Under the pieces are notes generated by a model. That model was not told the DNA's origin. It did not search any database and worked only from the letters and a program-made list of their open reading frames with translations. From a virus, in IMG/VR virus record IMGVR_UViG_3300009184_000043, positions 4,745 through 68,744 of that record: a stretch of DNA of 64,000 nucleotides, one strand, 5' to 3'. Each line of letters starts with the position of its first letter. The first letter of the stretch is position 1. A program made the position numbers and the translations under genes. Shown piece by piece: positions 14,277 through 23,662 of this stretch.

Positions 14277-15341
14277 ATGCTATTTGACTTTGACGATATT
14301 CTTATCGAACCAGAAATGCACACGGGAATACTTTCAAGAAAGAAAGTAGATCCTTTCGACGAGAAACAAATGCTTCCCCTTTTTACAGCTCCAATGGACA
14401 CAGTAATCAGTATGGATAATTATGAAGTTTTTAACTCTCATAAAATATACAGCATTATTCCTAGAAAAATAGAATACGAATTAACAGATATCTCATTAGA
14501 TCATAATGTCTGGTTCTCTTATGGTTTAGATGATTTTAAGAGACTTTTTATTGATAATCAGGCTAACATACCTCTAGGTCGAAAAGCGTACGCCTTAATT
14601 GATATAGCGAACGGACACATGAGGATTGTAAAGGAATTGCTAGAACAATCTAAGGAAATCTACGGAAGAAATCTAGTTATTATGGTTGGCAATTGTGCTA
14701 ACCCTTTAACATATCTTTCTTTAGCACAATCAGGAGCTGATTATGTTAGAATGGGAATAGGAAACGGAGCAGGATGTTTAACAACTGTACAAACGGGTGT
14801 TGGTTATCCTATGGCTTCTTTGATTCACGAAACTGCAAAAATCCAGCAGGAAAGAAATCTTTCAGCCAAGATCGTAGCAGACGGTGGATTTAAAAAATAT
14901 GCTGACGTGATTAAGGCATTAGCTTTAGGAGCTGATTACGTGATGCTTGGAAGTATTTTTAATAAAGCTCTAGAAAGCTGCGGTGAAACATTCGAAGCTA
15001 ATAAAAAATATGATTCTTGGACAGAGCCAGGAGATAAAGTAGATCAATACTCTTTTGATACACTAATCCAATTTGAAGCAGGAAAGAAATTCTATAAGAA
15101 GTTTAGAGGTATGTCAACTAAGGAAGTACAAAAGAGTCTAGGAAAAAAAGATTTGAAAACATCCGAAGGAATTAGTAAAATGCAACCCGTCGAATACACG
15201 CTTGGAGGATGGGCTGAAAATTTTAAAGATTATTTAAAATCTGCTATGAGTTATACTGATTGTCTAACGATCGGGGAATTTATTGGCAAAGTAAAGTTCA
15301 ATAAAATTTCTAAAAATTCTATGGAAAGATACTCCAAATAG
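14277..15341 (+). CDS. GMP reductase / IMP dehydrogenase family protein
   Basis: APMDTV, DIANGH, GIGNGAGCLT, ADGG, FRGMST, SEG motifs; no CBS domains. Confidence 0.88.
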   Translation: MLFDFDDILIEPEMHTGILSRKKVDPFDEKQMLPLFTAPMDTVISMDNYEVFNSHKIYSIIPRKIEYELTDISLDHNVWFSYGLDDFKRLFIDNQANIPLGRKAYALIDIANGHMRIVKELLEQSKEIYGRNLVIMVGNCANPLTYLSLAQSGADYVRMGIGNGAGCLTTVQTGVGYPMASLIHETAKIQQERNLSAKIVADGGFKKYADVIKALALGADYVMLGSIFNKALESCGETFEANKKYDSWTEPGDKVDQYSFDTLIQFEAGKKFYKKFRGMSTKEVQKSLGKKDLKTSEGISKMQPVEYTLGGWAENFKDYLKSAMSYTDCLTIGEFIGKVKFNKISKNSMERYSK

Positions 15342-15383
15342 GAAACTAGATCAGGTTTTTTAGTATAATAAAGAAAAAGTTTA

Positions 15384-16184
15384 ATGAAAAAGTTTGGGAG
15401 ATTTAATGATGTGATCCGTTGGACTGCACAACAGATGTACGATTATTCATATATTGTTCACACTGAAAGATGGCAAGGCAAAGAGATCAAAGATGATCCC
15501 AAATATGCCATGATAGAAACATTAAATCTTTCATTCTCATGTCAGATGTCTCCTGACATTAAAGTTATTGGTGAGCAGATCAAACCAAATTTTTTATGGG
15601 CAGACGAACACTTCGAAGAAAGGGTTAGTGGTTCACCTCTTAATCCCCCTCCTTCTCATGTTCGTTGGCCATATGCTCAAAAGAACAATTCAGAATTTGG
15701 AGGAGAAGAGAAATTCTCACATACTTATCCAGAAAGAATATGGGGGAAATACGGAGAGGATGATTCAGCAACTAGGAAATCTGGTGTAACCCTAAAAGGA
15801 ATAAGATATCACTACGGTGATTTTGCAGACGTTATTAATCTTATGGTTAGAGAACCTTTTACAAGACAAGCATTTCTTCCTATTTGGTTTCCAGAAGATA
15901 CAGGATCAGTTCACGGGGAAAGAGTTCCTTGTACGATAGGATATCACTTTATTAGAAGGGCAGAGTGGGTACACGTTGTTTATTATATTAGATCGTGTGA
16001 TTTCTTCAGACACTTCAGAGATGACATATATTTATGTGCTAAGAAGGTATTTTGGCTTATCGAAGAATGTAAGAAAAAAGATCCAGAAAACTGGAAAGAT
16101 GTAAAACCAGGTATGCTTACAATGCACATTACTTCTTTACATGCTTGGGCTTCTGAAAAACCTATGCTTAAGAATTTATTATAA
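15384..16184 (+). CDS. Thymidylate-synthase-superfamily enzyme, probably dCMP hydroxymethylase/methylase
   Basis: VPC catalytic Cys, RSCDFFRHFRDD, SLH. Confidence 0.75.
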   Translation: MKKFGRFNDVIRWTAQQMYDYSYIVHTERWQGKEIKDDPKYAMIETLNLSFSCQMSPDIKVIGEQIKPNFLWADEHFEERVSGSPLNPPPSHVRWPYAQKNNSEFGGEEKFSHTYPERIWGKYGEDDSATRKSGVTLKGIRYHYGDFADVINLMVREPFTRQAFLPIWFPEDTGSVHGERVPCTIGYHFIRRAEWVHVVYYIRSCDFFRHFRDDIYLCAKKVFWLIEECKKKDPENWKDVKPGMLTMHITSLHAWASEKPMLKNLL

Positions 16185-16197
16185 GGATATATAATAA

Positions 16198-17010
16198 ATG
16201 CTAAAACATCTAAGAGACTTCAAAAACTTTTTAAACGAATCTATAAGAATAGATAAAGTAGATCCTGAATCTTATCAAGACGAGACTGTTACTGCTTTAC
16301 CTTATCCAAAACTAATAGAAGAAAATAGACAAGCATTTCTTAAAAAAATAGTCAGGATATCAGACGATTTAGGAATTGATCCATTATGGCTTATGCACAC
16401 TATTTTTCACGAGAGTAGATTTGATTCTAAGAAAAATGACAGAATGTCAGGAGCAGTAGGACTTCTATCATTTATGCCTTTAGTTATAGAAAAATTCATA
16501 GATACAGAGAGTGGAAAAACATTAACTCCTAACGACGTTTTACAAATGTCCAATATTGATCAACTTGATCTTATCAGGTCTTTCTACAAGACTTGGTTTC
16601 AGAGAATGAAGTTAAAAAAACCAATAGTAGCTGGCGATTTTGCAGCAATTACTTTCTATCCTGCAGTAATAAAAAAAGATTGGGAATGGGAATTTCCAGA
16701 TTATATAGTAGAGAAAAATAATCAGATGTTTAAATCGTTCCCTTCTGGTGGGGGTAAGACTAAAAAGGATTACTACGAGTACATAGATCAGATTTTCGGG
16801 AATGAAGGAGAACATGATGATTCAAATAATCATCTACTAGGTAATTTTACGGGAGCTATAGCTGAGCCGGGGGAATATGAAAATAAAAAACCACTTGAAT
16901 ATTACAGAGAACTTCTTACTAGTATAGAAGATCCAGTTCTTAGCCAGCAATCACAAGCACAACTACAAGACCAACAGGAGACAGAAAAATTTAAGCAAAA
17001 CGACAACTAA
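16198..17010 (+). CDS. Lytic transglycosylase-like protein
   Basis: HESRF catalytic Glu, GAVGLLSFMP motif; capsid-targeting-like start RDFKNFLNE. Confidence 0.7.
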   Translation: MLKHLRDFKNFLNESIRIDKVDPESYQDETVTALPYPKLIEENRQAFLKKIVRISDDLGIDPLWLMHTIFHESRFDSKKNDRMSGAVGLLSFMPLVIEKFIDTESGKTLTPNDVLQMSNIDQLDLIRSFYKTWFQRMKLKKPIVAGDFAAITFYPAVIKKDWEWEFPDYIVEKNNQMFKSFPSGGGKTKKDYYEYIDQIFGNEGEHDDSNNHLLGNFTGAIAEPGEYENKKPLEYYRELLTSIEDPVLSQQSQAQLQDQQETEKFKQNDN

Positions 17011-17027
17011 AAATAAAACAATCCTCT

Positions 17028-17294
17028 ATGAAAGCCATCATTAATTTTTTTAAAAATCTGTTTAGTAAAACTGAAAAAAATCTTGAAAACTACGATATAG
17101 ATTTTAAGATGAATATGAGTCTTTGGGATCCACCAAAAAATGTTGAGATCTACCAGGAGATTAGAGATGAGCATCAAAAAAGTGAAGTAGAGGAAAAGCC
17201 CAAAAAGAGAAAACCCACTAAACCTAAATCTAAGAAAGTGGAAGAAGTAAAAGAAGCTCCCGTTAAAAAAACGAGAAAGAAAAAATCAGAGTAA
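17028..17294 (+). CDS. Hypothetical protein with Lys-rich C-terminus
   Basis: 88-aa ORF. Confidence 0.55.
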   Translation: MKAIINFFKNLFSKTEKNLENYDIDFKMNMSLWDPPKNVEIYQEIRDEHQKSEVEEKPKKRKPTKPKSKKVEEVKEAPVKKTRKKKSE

Positions 17295-17421
17295 TTTTTG
17301 TAACTTTTTATAAGTTGGTTATATAATAGTAGAACTAGAGGTTTCTAGTCACTTCCCGGTCAACAAACCGTAGAGTTTTCAGAAATGGAAACAAAGGAAG
17401 GGGCCAAATAAAATAGTCTTT

Positions 17422-18186
17422 ATGTATTATTCAACGCCAAGCGTGACGTCGCAGTGTACTGCGAACATCACAAAAAACAGAAATAGATCTAAGATCTATG
17501 AGAATTCCGTCTATCTAAAAGACGGTGAAAATTTCGAGATTGAATTATTCAATCCAACAACGTCAAGGGTACTTGCAAAAATCACTATCAACGGTAATAG
17601 TATTTCTAATTCAGGGATTGTACTAAAACCAGGTGAGAGAGTTTATCTGGAAAGATTTATCGATTCAAACAACAAATTTGTTTTTGAAACGTATGAAGTC
17701 GAAGGATCAAATGAAGCTTTAAATGCTATCAGAAATAATGGAGGTGTAGAAGTTTCTTTTTATACTGAGATTACAACTTCCACTTACTCGTCATTTCCTG
17801 GATCTCTTACATTGACTTCTAGTAGTAATACAGGATACATCCCCGGTACATTGTATGATACTTATAGCTATCCATTCGGTGGTACCACTGTAAATAATAC
17901 TTTTACTGTGTCCAGCGTTACTAGCGGTTCTATAGGAGTTAATGCTAGTGTATCTAAAAGTGTTGAAACAGGTAGGATAGAAAAAGGTGATTCGAGCAAT
18001 CAATTATTCGAAACAGTAAACGGAAATTTTAGCTCATTTCCTACAAGTTCTATTATCATTAAATTACTTCCTGAGTCACAAAAACCAGTTGAGGTTTCTA
18101 CTCTTAGAAACTACTGTACAAACTGTGGTACAAGAGCTAAAAAGCAATCTTGGAAATTCTGTCCAAATTGCGGGGAAAAAATCTAA
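17422..18186 (+). CDS. Hypothetical protein with C-terminal zinc ribbon
   Basis: CTNCG...FCPNCG. Confidence 0.7.
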   Translation: MYYSTPSVTSQCTANITKNRNRSKIYENSVYLKDGENFEIELFNPTTSRVLAKITINGNSISNSGIVLKPGERVYLERFIDSNNKFVFETYEVEGSNEALNAIRNNGGVEVSFYTEITTSTYSSFPGSLTLTSSSNTGYIPGTLYDTYSYPFGGTTVNNTFTVSSVTSGSIGVNASVSKSVETGRIEKGDSSNQLFETVNGNFSSFPTSSIIIKLLPESQKPVEVSTLRNYCTNCGTRAKKQSWKFCPNCGEKI

Positions 18187-18198
18187 ATCTTACTACAC

Positions 18199-18225
18199 AA
18201 AAAACCCAAGAGAAATCTTGGGTTT
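18199..18225 (-). terminator. Intrinsic terminator between convergent genes
   Basis: AAACCCAAGA-GAAA-TCTTGGGTTT with A run on the left. Confidence 0.7.
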
Positions 18226-18232
18226 GTAGTTT

Positions 18233-19021
18233 TTATAGGTATTGTGACCAGTCGTTAGCCATTTCAGCTTGAGATATCTCCATATCAGTATAAGGCCTAA
18301 TATTTTGTAGTGGTGTTCCTTGGTAAGACATATAGGCATCTTTAGGAACCGGCATTTGATATTGTGGGGCTGACCCGTATCCTCCATATGCACTAGCTGA
18401 AGCAGTAGACGGCATTGATGATGTTTTATCCCCAAAAATCCATTCAGTAAATTTAACTCCGCTTTTTAAGTTTCTAGCTTCTCTCTTAAGTGATTTTATT
18501 TTAGAAGTGTCCTTAGCTAAATTAGCAATCTGAGATCCTCCGTTCGTAACGAAATTTTTAAGAGATCCCATCATTTTACTTGTATAAGGTGCTATACCAG
18601 CAAACTTAGAAGTAAATTTAGCGCTCTTAAAGAAAGCTGCAATTTTAGGGAAAAATTTAGCTACTAAATTAACTAAAGGCCTTAATATGCTAGCTCCTAA
18701 ACCAGCTCCTTTTCCTAAAGCTTTAACTAGCAATGTACCACCTGCTCCAATATATTGCCCGAAGATTGGAATTAATCCGATAGCACAAAGTCCTGCTAAA
18801 AGATATTCACCTTGTTTAGCATAAGATACTAAGTTAATACCCTCTGCTGCAGATCCTACTACTGGAAGAAGCGCTGCAAAATCTAATATTGTATTATACC
18901 AAGCCTCTAGTAATTGTGGATCATCAGAATTAAGATATTCTAATGATTCCCTTATCTGTTGAGGGGAAAACTGTAGTTTTCCCTCTGTTATAAATTGTTC
19001 TATAGACAATAAATTCTCCAT
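18233..19021 (-). CDS. Hypothetical protein with pre-toxin-TG-like hydrophobic segment
   Basis: DFAALLPVVGSAAEGIN...AGLCAIGLIPIFG; start LLSIEQFITE; GATATATA on minus strand at 19034-19041. Confidence 0.6.
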   Translation of the reverse strand: MENLLSIEQFITEGKLQFSPQQIRESLEYLNSDDPQLLEAWYNTILDFAALLPVVGSAAEGINLVSYAKQGEYLLAGLCAIGLIPIFGQYIGAGGTLLVKALGKGAGLGASILRPLVNLVAKFFPKIAAFFKSAKFTSKFAGIAPYTSKMMGSLKNFVTNGGSQIANLAKDTSKIKSLKREARNLKSGVKFTEWIFGDKTSSMPSTASASAYGGYGSAPQYQMPVPKDAYMSYQGTPLQNIRPYTDMEISQAEMANDWSQYL

Positions 19022-19082
19022 GAATTTTTATTTTATATATCTACATTTCGAATTTTTTACATTTAGATACACTATAAATAAT

Positions 19083-19439
19083 ATGTTATACAGATCAAAT
19101 AAGATTTATGTCGACGATTCTTCCATTCACGGGAGAGGAGTTTTTTGCTCGGAAATAATAAAGCAAGGGGAAATTATTGAAGAATGCCATTTTTTTATAG
19201 TTCCCCGAGAATTGGAATATCCTAAGATTCTACATGACCATTTTTTTAGCTGGCCTAAAAAGGGGGAAGGATTATGTATATGCTTAGGATTTGGAAGTAT
19301 ATTTAATCATTCAGATAAAGAATTTAATGCTGACTGGGAAACTGATACACAGAAAAACAAAATAATATTTTTTGCTCTTAGAGAAATATCAATAGGAGAG
19401 GAGATATTTACAAATTATCAAAAACCGGGAAACATCTAA
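19083..19439 (+). CDS. SET-domain methyltransferase
   Basis: IHGRGVF, FNHS, GEEIFTNY; start placed at MLYRSNK. Confidence 0.88.
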   Translation: MLYRSNKIYVDDSSIHGRGVFCSEIIKQGEIIEECHFFIVPRELEYPKILHDHFFSWPKKGEGLCICLGFGSIFNHSDKEFNADWETDTQKNKIIFFALREISIGEEIFTNYQKPGNI

Positions 19440-19491
19440 GGAATCATTTTTTTTAAACAAAAATAGTAGTTATATTTACAATTAATAAATA

Positions 19492-19767
19492 ATGGATATG
19501 GATATGGGAAACATGAAAAAACTCCAAGATTTAGAAGATCAGATTGATGAACTCTATGATGAGCAATCAAGAAAACTCTATAATTATATAGAAACCATGG
19601 GCGAAAAAGCTTTCGAAGAAGGAAGCCCATTATACAAATTTAGAGACTCAGATCTTTTTGAAAGATTGATTAGCCATTTTGAAGAATTAGAAGAATACGA
19701 AAAGTGTGCATTTTTAGTAAAATCGTCTTGGAGTATTAAAAAATCTATACTGGGAAGTCTGGTCTAA
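19492..19767 (+). CDS. Hypothetical protein with UVR-like motif
   Basis: FEELEEYEKCA. Confidence 0.55.
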   Translation: MDMDMGNMKKLQDLEDQIDELYDEQSRKLYNYIETMGEKAFEEGSPLYKFRDSDLFERLISHFEELEEYEKCAFLVKSSWSIKKSILGSLV

Positions 19768-19809
19768 GAACTTGGAAACTTATTTGTCTTTTTCTACTAT
19801 AAATATAGT

Positions 19810-20088
19810 ATGGAAAAGGGCAAAAAATATATTAAAAGATCTCCCGACGGTAGATATTTTATTTATATAGAAAAACCTGAATATATTATTGATAAGGAGA
19901 AGAAAACAAAGCTATGGCTTTCTTCTCCTTTTTTGTTTTCTGAGGCATTGGATGATAATCCAATTGAGGCAGAAAAAACTCTAGATACCCTTATTGAATG
20001 GAACGAGGAATCCCAGAACTTTGAAGCTTGTTCTAAACTTCTTAATCTTAAGAGAAGTTTTAAAAATAATTCAAAACCGTTGAATTAA
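19810..20088 (+). CDS. Hypothetical protein with UVR-like motif
   Basis: EESQNFEACSKL. Confidence 0.55.
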   Translation: MEKGKKYIKRSPDGRYFIYIEKPEYIIDKEKKTKLWLSSPFLFSEALDDNPIEAEKTLDTLIEWNEESQNFEACSKLLNLKRSFKNNSKPLN

Positions 20089-20124
20089 AACGGTTTAATA
20101 GGGGTATAATAAAGAAAACAACTT

Positions 20125-20430
20125 ATGGAAGAAATTTTTGAAAGTGAAAAATTGCTCCGTGGAAGAATGATTTCTTCTTCTAAATCATCCTACCGAGATA
20201 GATTTCCAGACAATGAAGTTTATTTTAATTCAAATATTTTTGTTTTAGGAGAGGGTAAAATTTGGTATGGTGATATTGATGTAACTAAAGAAAAAGAGCA
20301 ATTGGAAAACGTAGCAAGAGAAATAGGGAAAGATCTATACATTCTTAGTGAAATGGATGGAAGATTTGGAAATGAGGAATTAAAGGATTCTGAAATTATT
20401 ACTAAAGCAAGATGTAAGATAACTAAATAA
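20125..20430 (+). CDS. Hypothetical protein
   Basis: 101-aa ORF in operon context. Confidence 0.6.
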   Translation: MEEIFESEKLLRGRMISSSKSSYRDRFPDNEVYFNSNIFVLGEGKIWYGDIDVTKEKEQLENVAREIGKDLYILSEMDGRFGNEELKDSEIITKARCKITK

Positions 20431-20440
20431 TAAAAATAAT

Positions 20441-21604
20441 ATGGCAAAAAAAGAATTTTCGTTTACAGAATTAGACAAAGCCCTTTCAAAGATCGATGGA
20501 TTTGAAATGGGATCAATTTTAGAAACCAATGAGTTTTCAAAAACAACAGAATGGATTTCGACGGGTAATTATCTTTTAAATGCTCAGCTTTCAGGAAGTT
20601 TGTTTGGAGGTATAGCAAATAACAGATCAATAGGAATTGCAGGCGATCCTTCTACAGGTAAAACATTTCTTGCAATGAATATTACAAGAGAAGCTCAGAA
20701 GCAAGATTATGATGTTATTTATTGTGACACTGAAGGTGCTATAGATAAAAGCTCAGCCAAAAAATTTGGAGTCGATCCAACTAGAGTTCGATACCAGCCT
20801 ATTAAGACTATTAATGACTTTAAAATATTCACAACAAATATTTTAGAAAAAGTTAAGAATGCAAGAAAAGAAGGAGCAGAACCTAAAATCATGATCATTT
20901 TAGATTCTCTTGGTATGCTTAGTACCGATAAAGAAACAGGAGATGCAGTCAAAGGTAAGAGCGCAATGGACATGGGATTAAGATCTAAAGAAATGAGATC
21001 TCTTTTCCGTGTTATAACACTAGACCTAACAGGGGTTAGAATTCCATTGATATGCACTAATCACACGACAACAGGAGGAATAGGTGGATTTATGCCAACG
21101 AAAGAAGCATCTGGTGGTGACGGTCCTATTTTTTCAATGAGTAATGTTATTATGCTTTCTAAAGCACAATTAAAAGAGAATGACACAAAAACAGGAATTA
21201 TTGTAACATCAACGCCTAAGAAAGCAAGATTTACTAGACCCTATCCAGTTAAATTCCATATCTCATTCATGAATGGTATGAATCCTTACGTGGGATTACA
21301 AGATTTTACTTCTTGGGAAATTTGCGGGATCGAAAGAGGTAAATTAGAGGTTGACAAGAAAACAGGAGAAATGGAATTTACTCCTAATGCTTCGTCAACG
21401 AGATGGGCAATCAAGCACTTAGGTAAAACCGTTACTTCGTCACAATTATTCTCTGGTGAAATATTCACAGATGAGGTTCTACATATGATTGACGAAAAAG
21501 TAATTAAACCTCATTTCTTATTGCCAGATCTTTTTGATGAAAACGAATTAGCAATATTAGCTGAGCCTGAATTAGATACTGAAGGAGAAGATGGAGAAGA
21601 GTAA
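20441..21604 (+). CDS. uvsX: RecA-like recombinase UvsX
   Basis: GDPSTGKT Walker A, DTE, IILDSLG, TNH, SGG. Confidence 0.92.
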   Translation: MAKKEFSFTELDKALSKIDGFEMGSILETNEFSKTTEWISTGNYLLNAQLSGSLFGGIANNRSIGIAGDPSTGKTFLAMNITREAQKQDYDVIYCDTEGAIDKSSAKKFGVDPTRVRYQPIKTINDFKIFTTNILEKVKNARKEGAEPKIMIILDSLGMLSTDKETGDAVKGKSAMDMGLRSKEMRSLFRVITLDLTGVRIPLICTNHTTTGGIGGFMPTKEASGGDGPIFSMSNVIMLSKAQLKENDTKTGIIVTSTPKKARFTRPYPVKFHISFMNGMNPYVGLQDFTSWEICGIERGKLEVDKKTGEMEFTPNASSTRWAIKHLGKTVTSSQLFSGEIFTDEVLHMIDEKVIKPHFLLPDLFDENELAILAEPELDTEGEDGEE

Positions 21605-21884
21605 ACTTAAAATGAAATATCTTCTAGGTATATGGAGAGATCTTCCAGAATACCCAACAAAAGAAGATGTTATATACGAGCTTAATTCTTATCTAATTAA
21701 AGATGGAAGACCTGATGGGGAATTCTCAGATCAGACTTTCAATTCATTTTTACCGGAGAATTGGGAAAGTGAAAAATTTGGAGATGCTGTAAAAGAATTA
21801 ATAGAAACGGAGATTTTCGAGAAAACTGAAAAAACTTTAGGAAATAAAAATTGGTACAAAATAAAGGATAACCCACATTATTAA
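21591..21884 (+). CDS. Hypothetical protein
   Basis: 97-aa ORF overlapping the uvsX end. Confidence 0.6.
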   Translation: MEKSKLKMKYLLGIWRDLPEYPTKEDVIYELNSYLIKDGRPDGEFSDQTFNSFLPENWESEKFGDAVKELIETEIFEKTEKTLGNKNWYKIKDNPHY

Positions 21885-21887
21885 AAA

Positions 21888-23189
21888 ATGCAGAATCAAC
21901 ACTTAGAAAATATTTGGTTTAAAGCAGTGATCGATAATCCTGCTTATATTGAAGCAACGGAATCTAACTACTTCAAGAACACGGATTATCAAGAGGCTTT
22001 TAAAGTTGTAAAATCTTTTTGGAAAAAATATCAGCAAATCCCGAGCAAAAATCAGGTTAGAGAATCTGCCAAGCTTTTAAAGATTGAAGACAAACTTACT
22101 GATTCCTTATTGGAATCTATGTGGTCTATATCATTAAGCGATTACGATCTAGATTGGTTACAACAAAATACCGAATCTTGGATAGAGTGGAAGACACTAG
22201 AAAAAAGTGCGGTTGACTCTATTAATTATATTAAAAGTACCGATGTAACTCCTGACAATATTAAGGATGTAATTAACACTTACAAATCAATTGTTGTTGA
22301 TAGAAACAAAGTGGATTTCTCATTTGATATGGGATTAAACTTTAATGATCCGGAAGCTCATAAACAATACGCTAACAGCACATTCTCCAGCGGATATGAA
22401 TATATTGACTACTGCTTAGGAGGAGGGTTTTCTGCTAAATCATTATATGTTTTGTTGGGACAACCTAAAGTTGGTAAAACACTATGGCTAGGAAATATAG
22501 CATCACAAGCTGTAAGAGCTTCTAATAATGTTGCTATTATTACTCTCGAGTTAGGTGACAGAAAATATATGAAAAGATTAGGATCTAATCTTCTAGGTAT
22601 TAGAATGTCAGAATATAAGAATACTGCTGACAATGACGAGTTACTAAAGAAAAAAATTAGAAACATTGGATTTGACAATTTAGCAACCCCTGGTCAATTA
22701 GTCGTTAAGGAATTTCCAACATCGCAAGCATCTGCAATAGACGTGGAAAACTGGCTTTCTAAAACAGAGCAGATAATGGGAATAAAATTTAAGATTGTTA
22801 TTATAGACTACATTAATATTATGAAGAACTGGAGAAATCCAAATTCTGAGAATACTTATATGAAGATCAAACAGATTGCAGAAGATCTTAGAGCTGCTGC
22901 ACAAAGAAATGAATGGGCTATAGTAACTGCAACACAAACAAAACAAAGCGAATTTGATGCTACTGATTTAAGTATGAATTCAGCATCTGAATCTTCTGGC
23001 TTAGTGGCTACAGTTGATGGAATGTTTGGTATTATTCAAGATCCGTTAATGTATACGGCAGGAGAATATAAATTGAAGCTACTAGCAAACAGGGACGAGG
23101 GATATAAAAACTCATACAGGAAATTCCTAGTTGATTACAATTTTATGAGAATCTCAGAGGATCCTAATTCTCAAATAATGAACGATTAA
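21888..23189 (+). CDS. Replicative DNA helicase (T4 gp41/DnaB-like)
   Basis: GQPKVGKT, TLE, IIDYIN, TATQ, SES motifs. Confidence 0.92.
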   Translation: MQNQHLENIWFKAVIDNPAYIEATESNYFKNTDYQEAFKVVKSFWKKYQQIPSKNQVRESAKLLKIEDKLTDSLLESMWSISLSDYDLDWLQQNTESWIEWKTLEKSAVDSINYIKSTDVTPDNIKDVINTYKSIVVDRNKVDFSFDMGLNFNDPEAHKQYANSTFSSGYEYIDYCLGGGFSAKSLYVLLGQPKVGKTLWLGNIASQAVRASNNVAIITLELGDRKYMKRLGSNLLGIRMSEYKNTADNDELLKKKIRNIGFDNLATPGQLVVKEFPTSQASAIDVENWLSKTEQIMGIKFKIVIIDYINIMKNWRNPNSENTYMKIKQIAEDLRAAAQRNEWAIVTATQTKQSEFDATDLSMNSASESSGLVATVDGMFGIIQDPLMYTAGEYKLKLLANRDEGYKNSYRKFLVDYNFMRISEDPNSQIMND

Positions 23190-23662
23190 TGAAAAAACAA
23201 AAAAAACTGATTGAAGATGATGCGAAAGATCTTGACCTAAACCCTGAGATTGAGGATATAGAATCCAAAAACGTAGAGCTAGAAGAATTCGAAGTTGATC
23301 CCAACCTAGACTATAGAAGTTTACAATCTACGGTCACTTACGAGGACGAGGAATATTTACATTCAGTTAAGCTAAATTCCAAGATAGATGAGATATTTTT
23401 AAGATCTAGGTGGACAATTATTAGTCCAAGTAAAAAGATTCCCAAAGATCTTATCCCTTTAATATTTCAGGATATTCTTAAGGAATTAGAGGAAACAGAA
23501 TTCTCAATGGTAGAGAAATTTGTTGCAATATGTGACTATACAGCTATTAATTACCAGAAAGCTTATGAATCTATCCATATGAAATATAAAGAGATTATAG
23601 TTCAAGAAATGGACAAAAAATATGGTATTCTAAGTAAGAAAGGTATTAAAAAAATATTTTAA
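23189..23662 (+). CDS. Hypothetical protein, possibly gp33-like late transcription coactivator
   Basis: SMVEKFVAICDY...YKEIIVQE resembles the gp33 core; weak. Confidence 0.4.
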   Translation: MKKQKKLIEDDAKDLDLNPEIEDIESKNVELEEFEVDPNLDYRSLQSTVTYEDEEYLHSVKLNSKIDEIFLRSRWTIISPSKKIPKDLIPLIFQDILKELEETEFSMVEKFVAICDYTAINYQKAYESIHMKYKEIIVQEMDKKYGILSKKGIKKIF

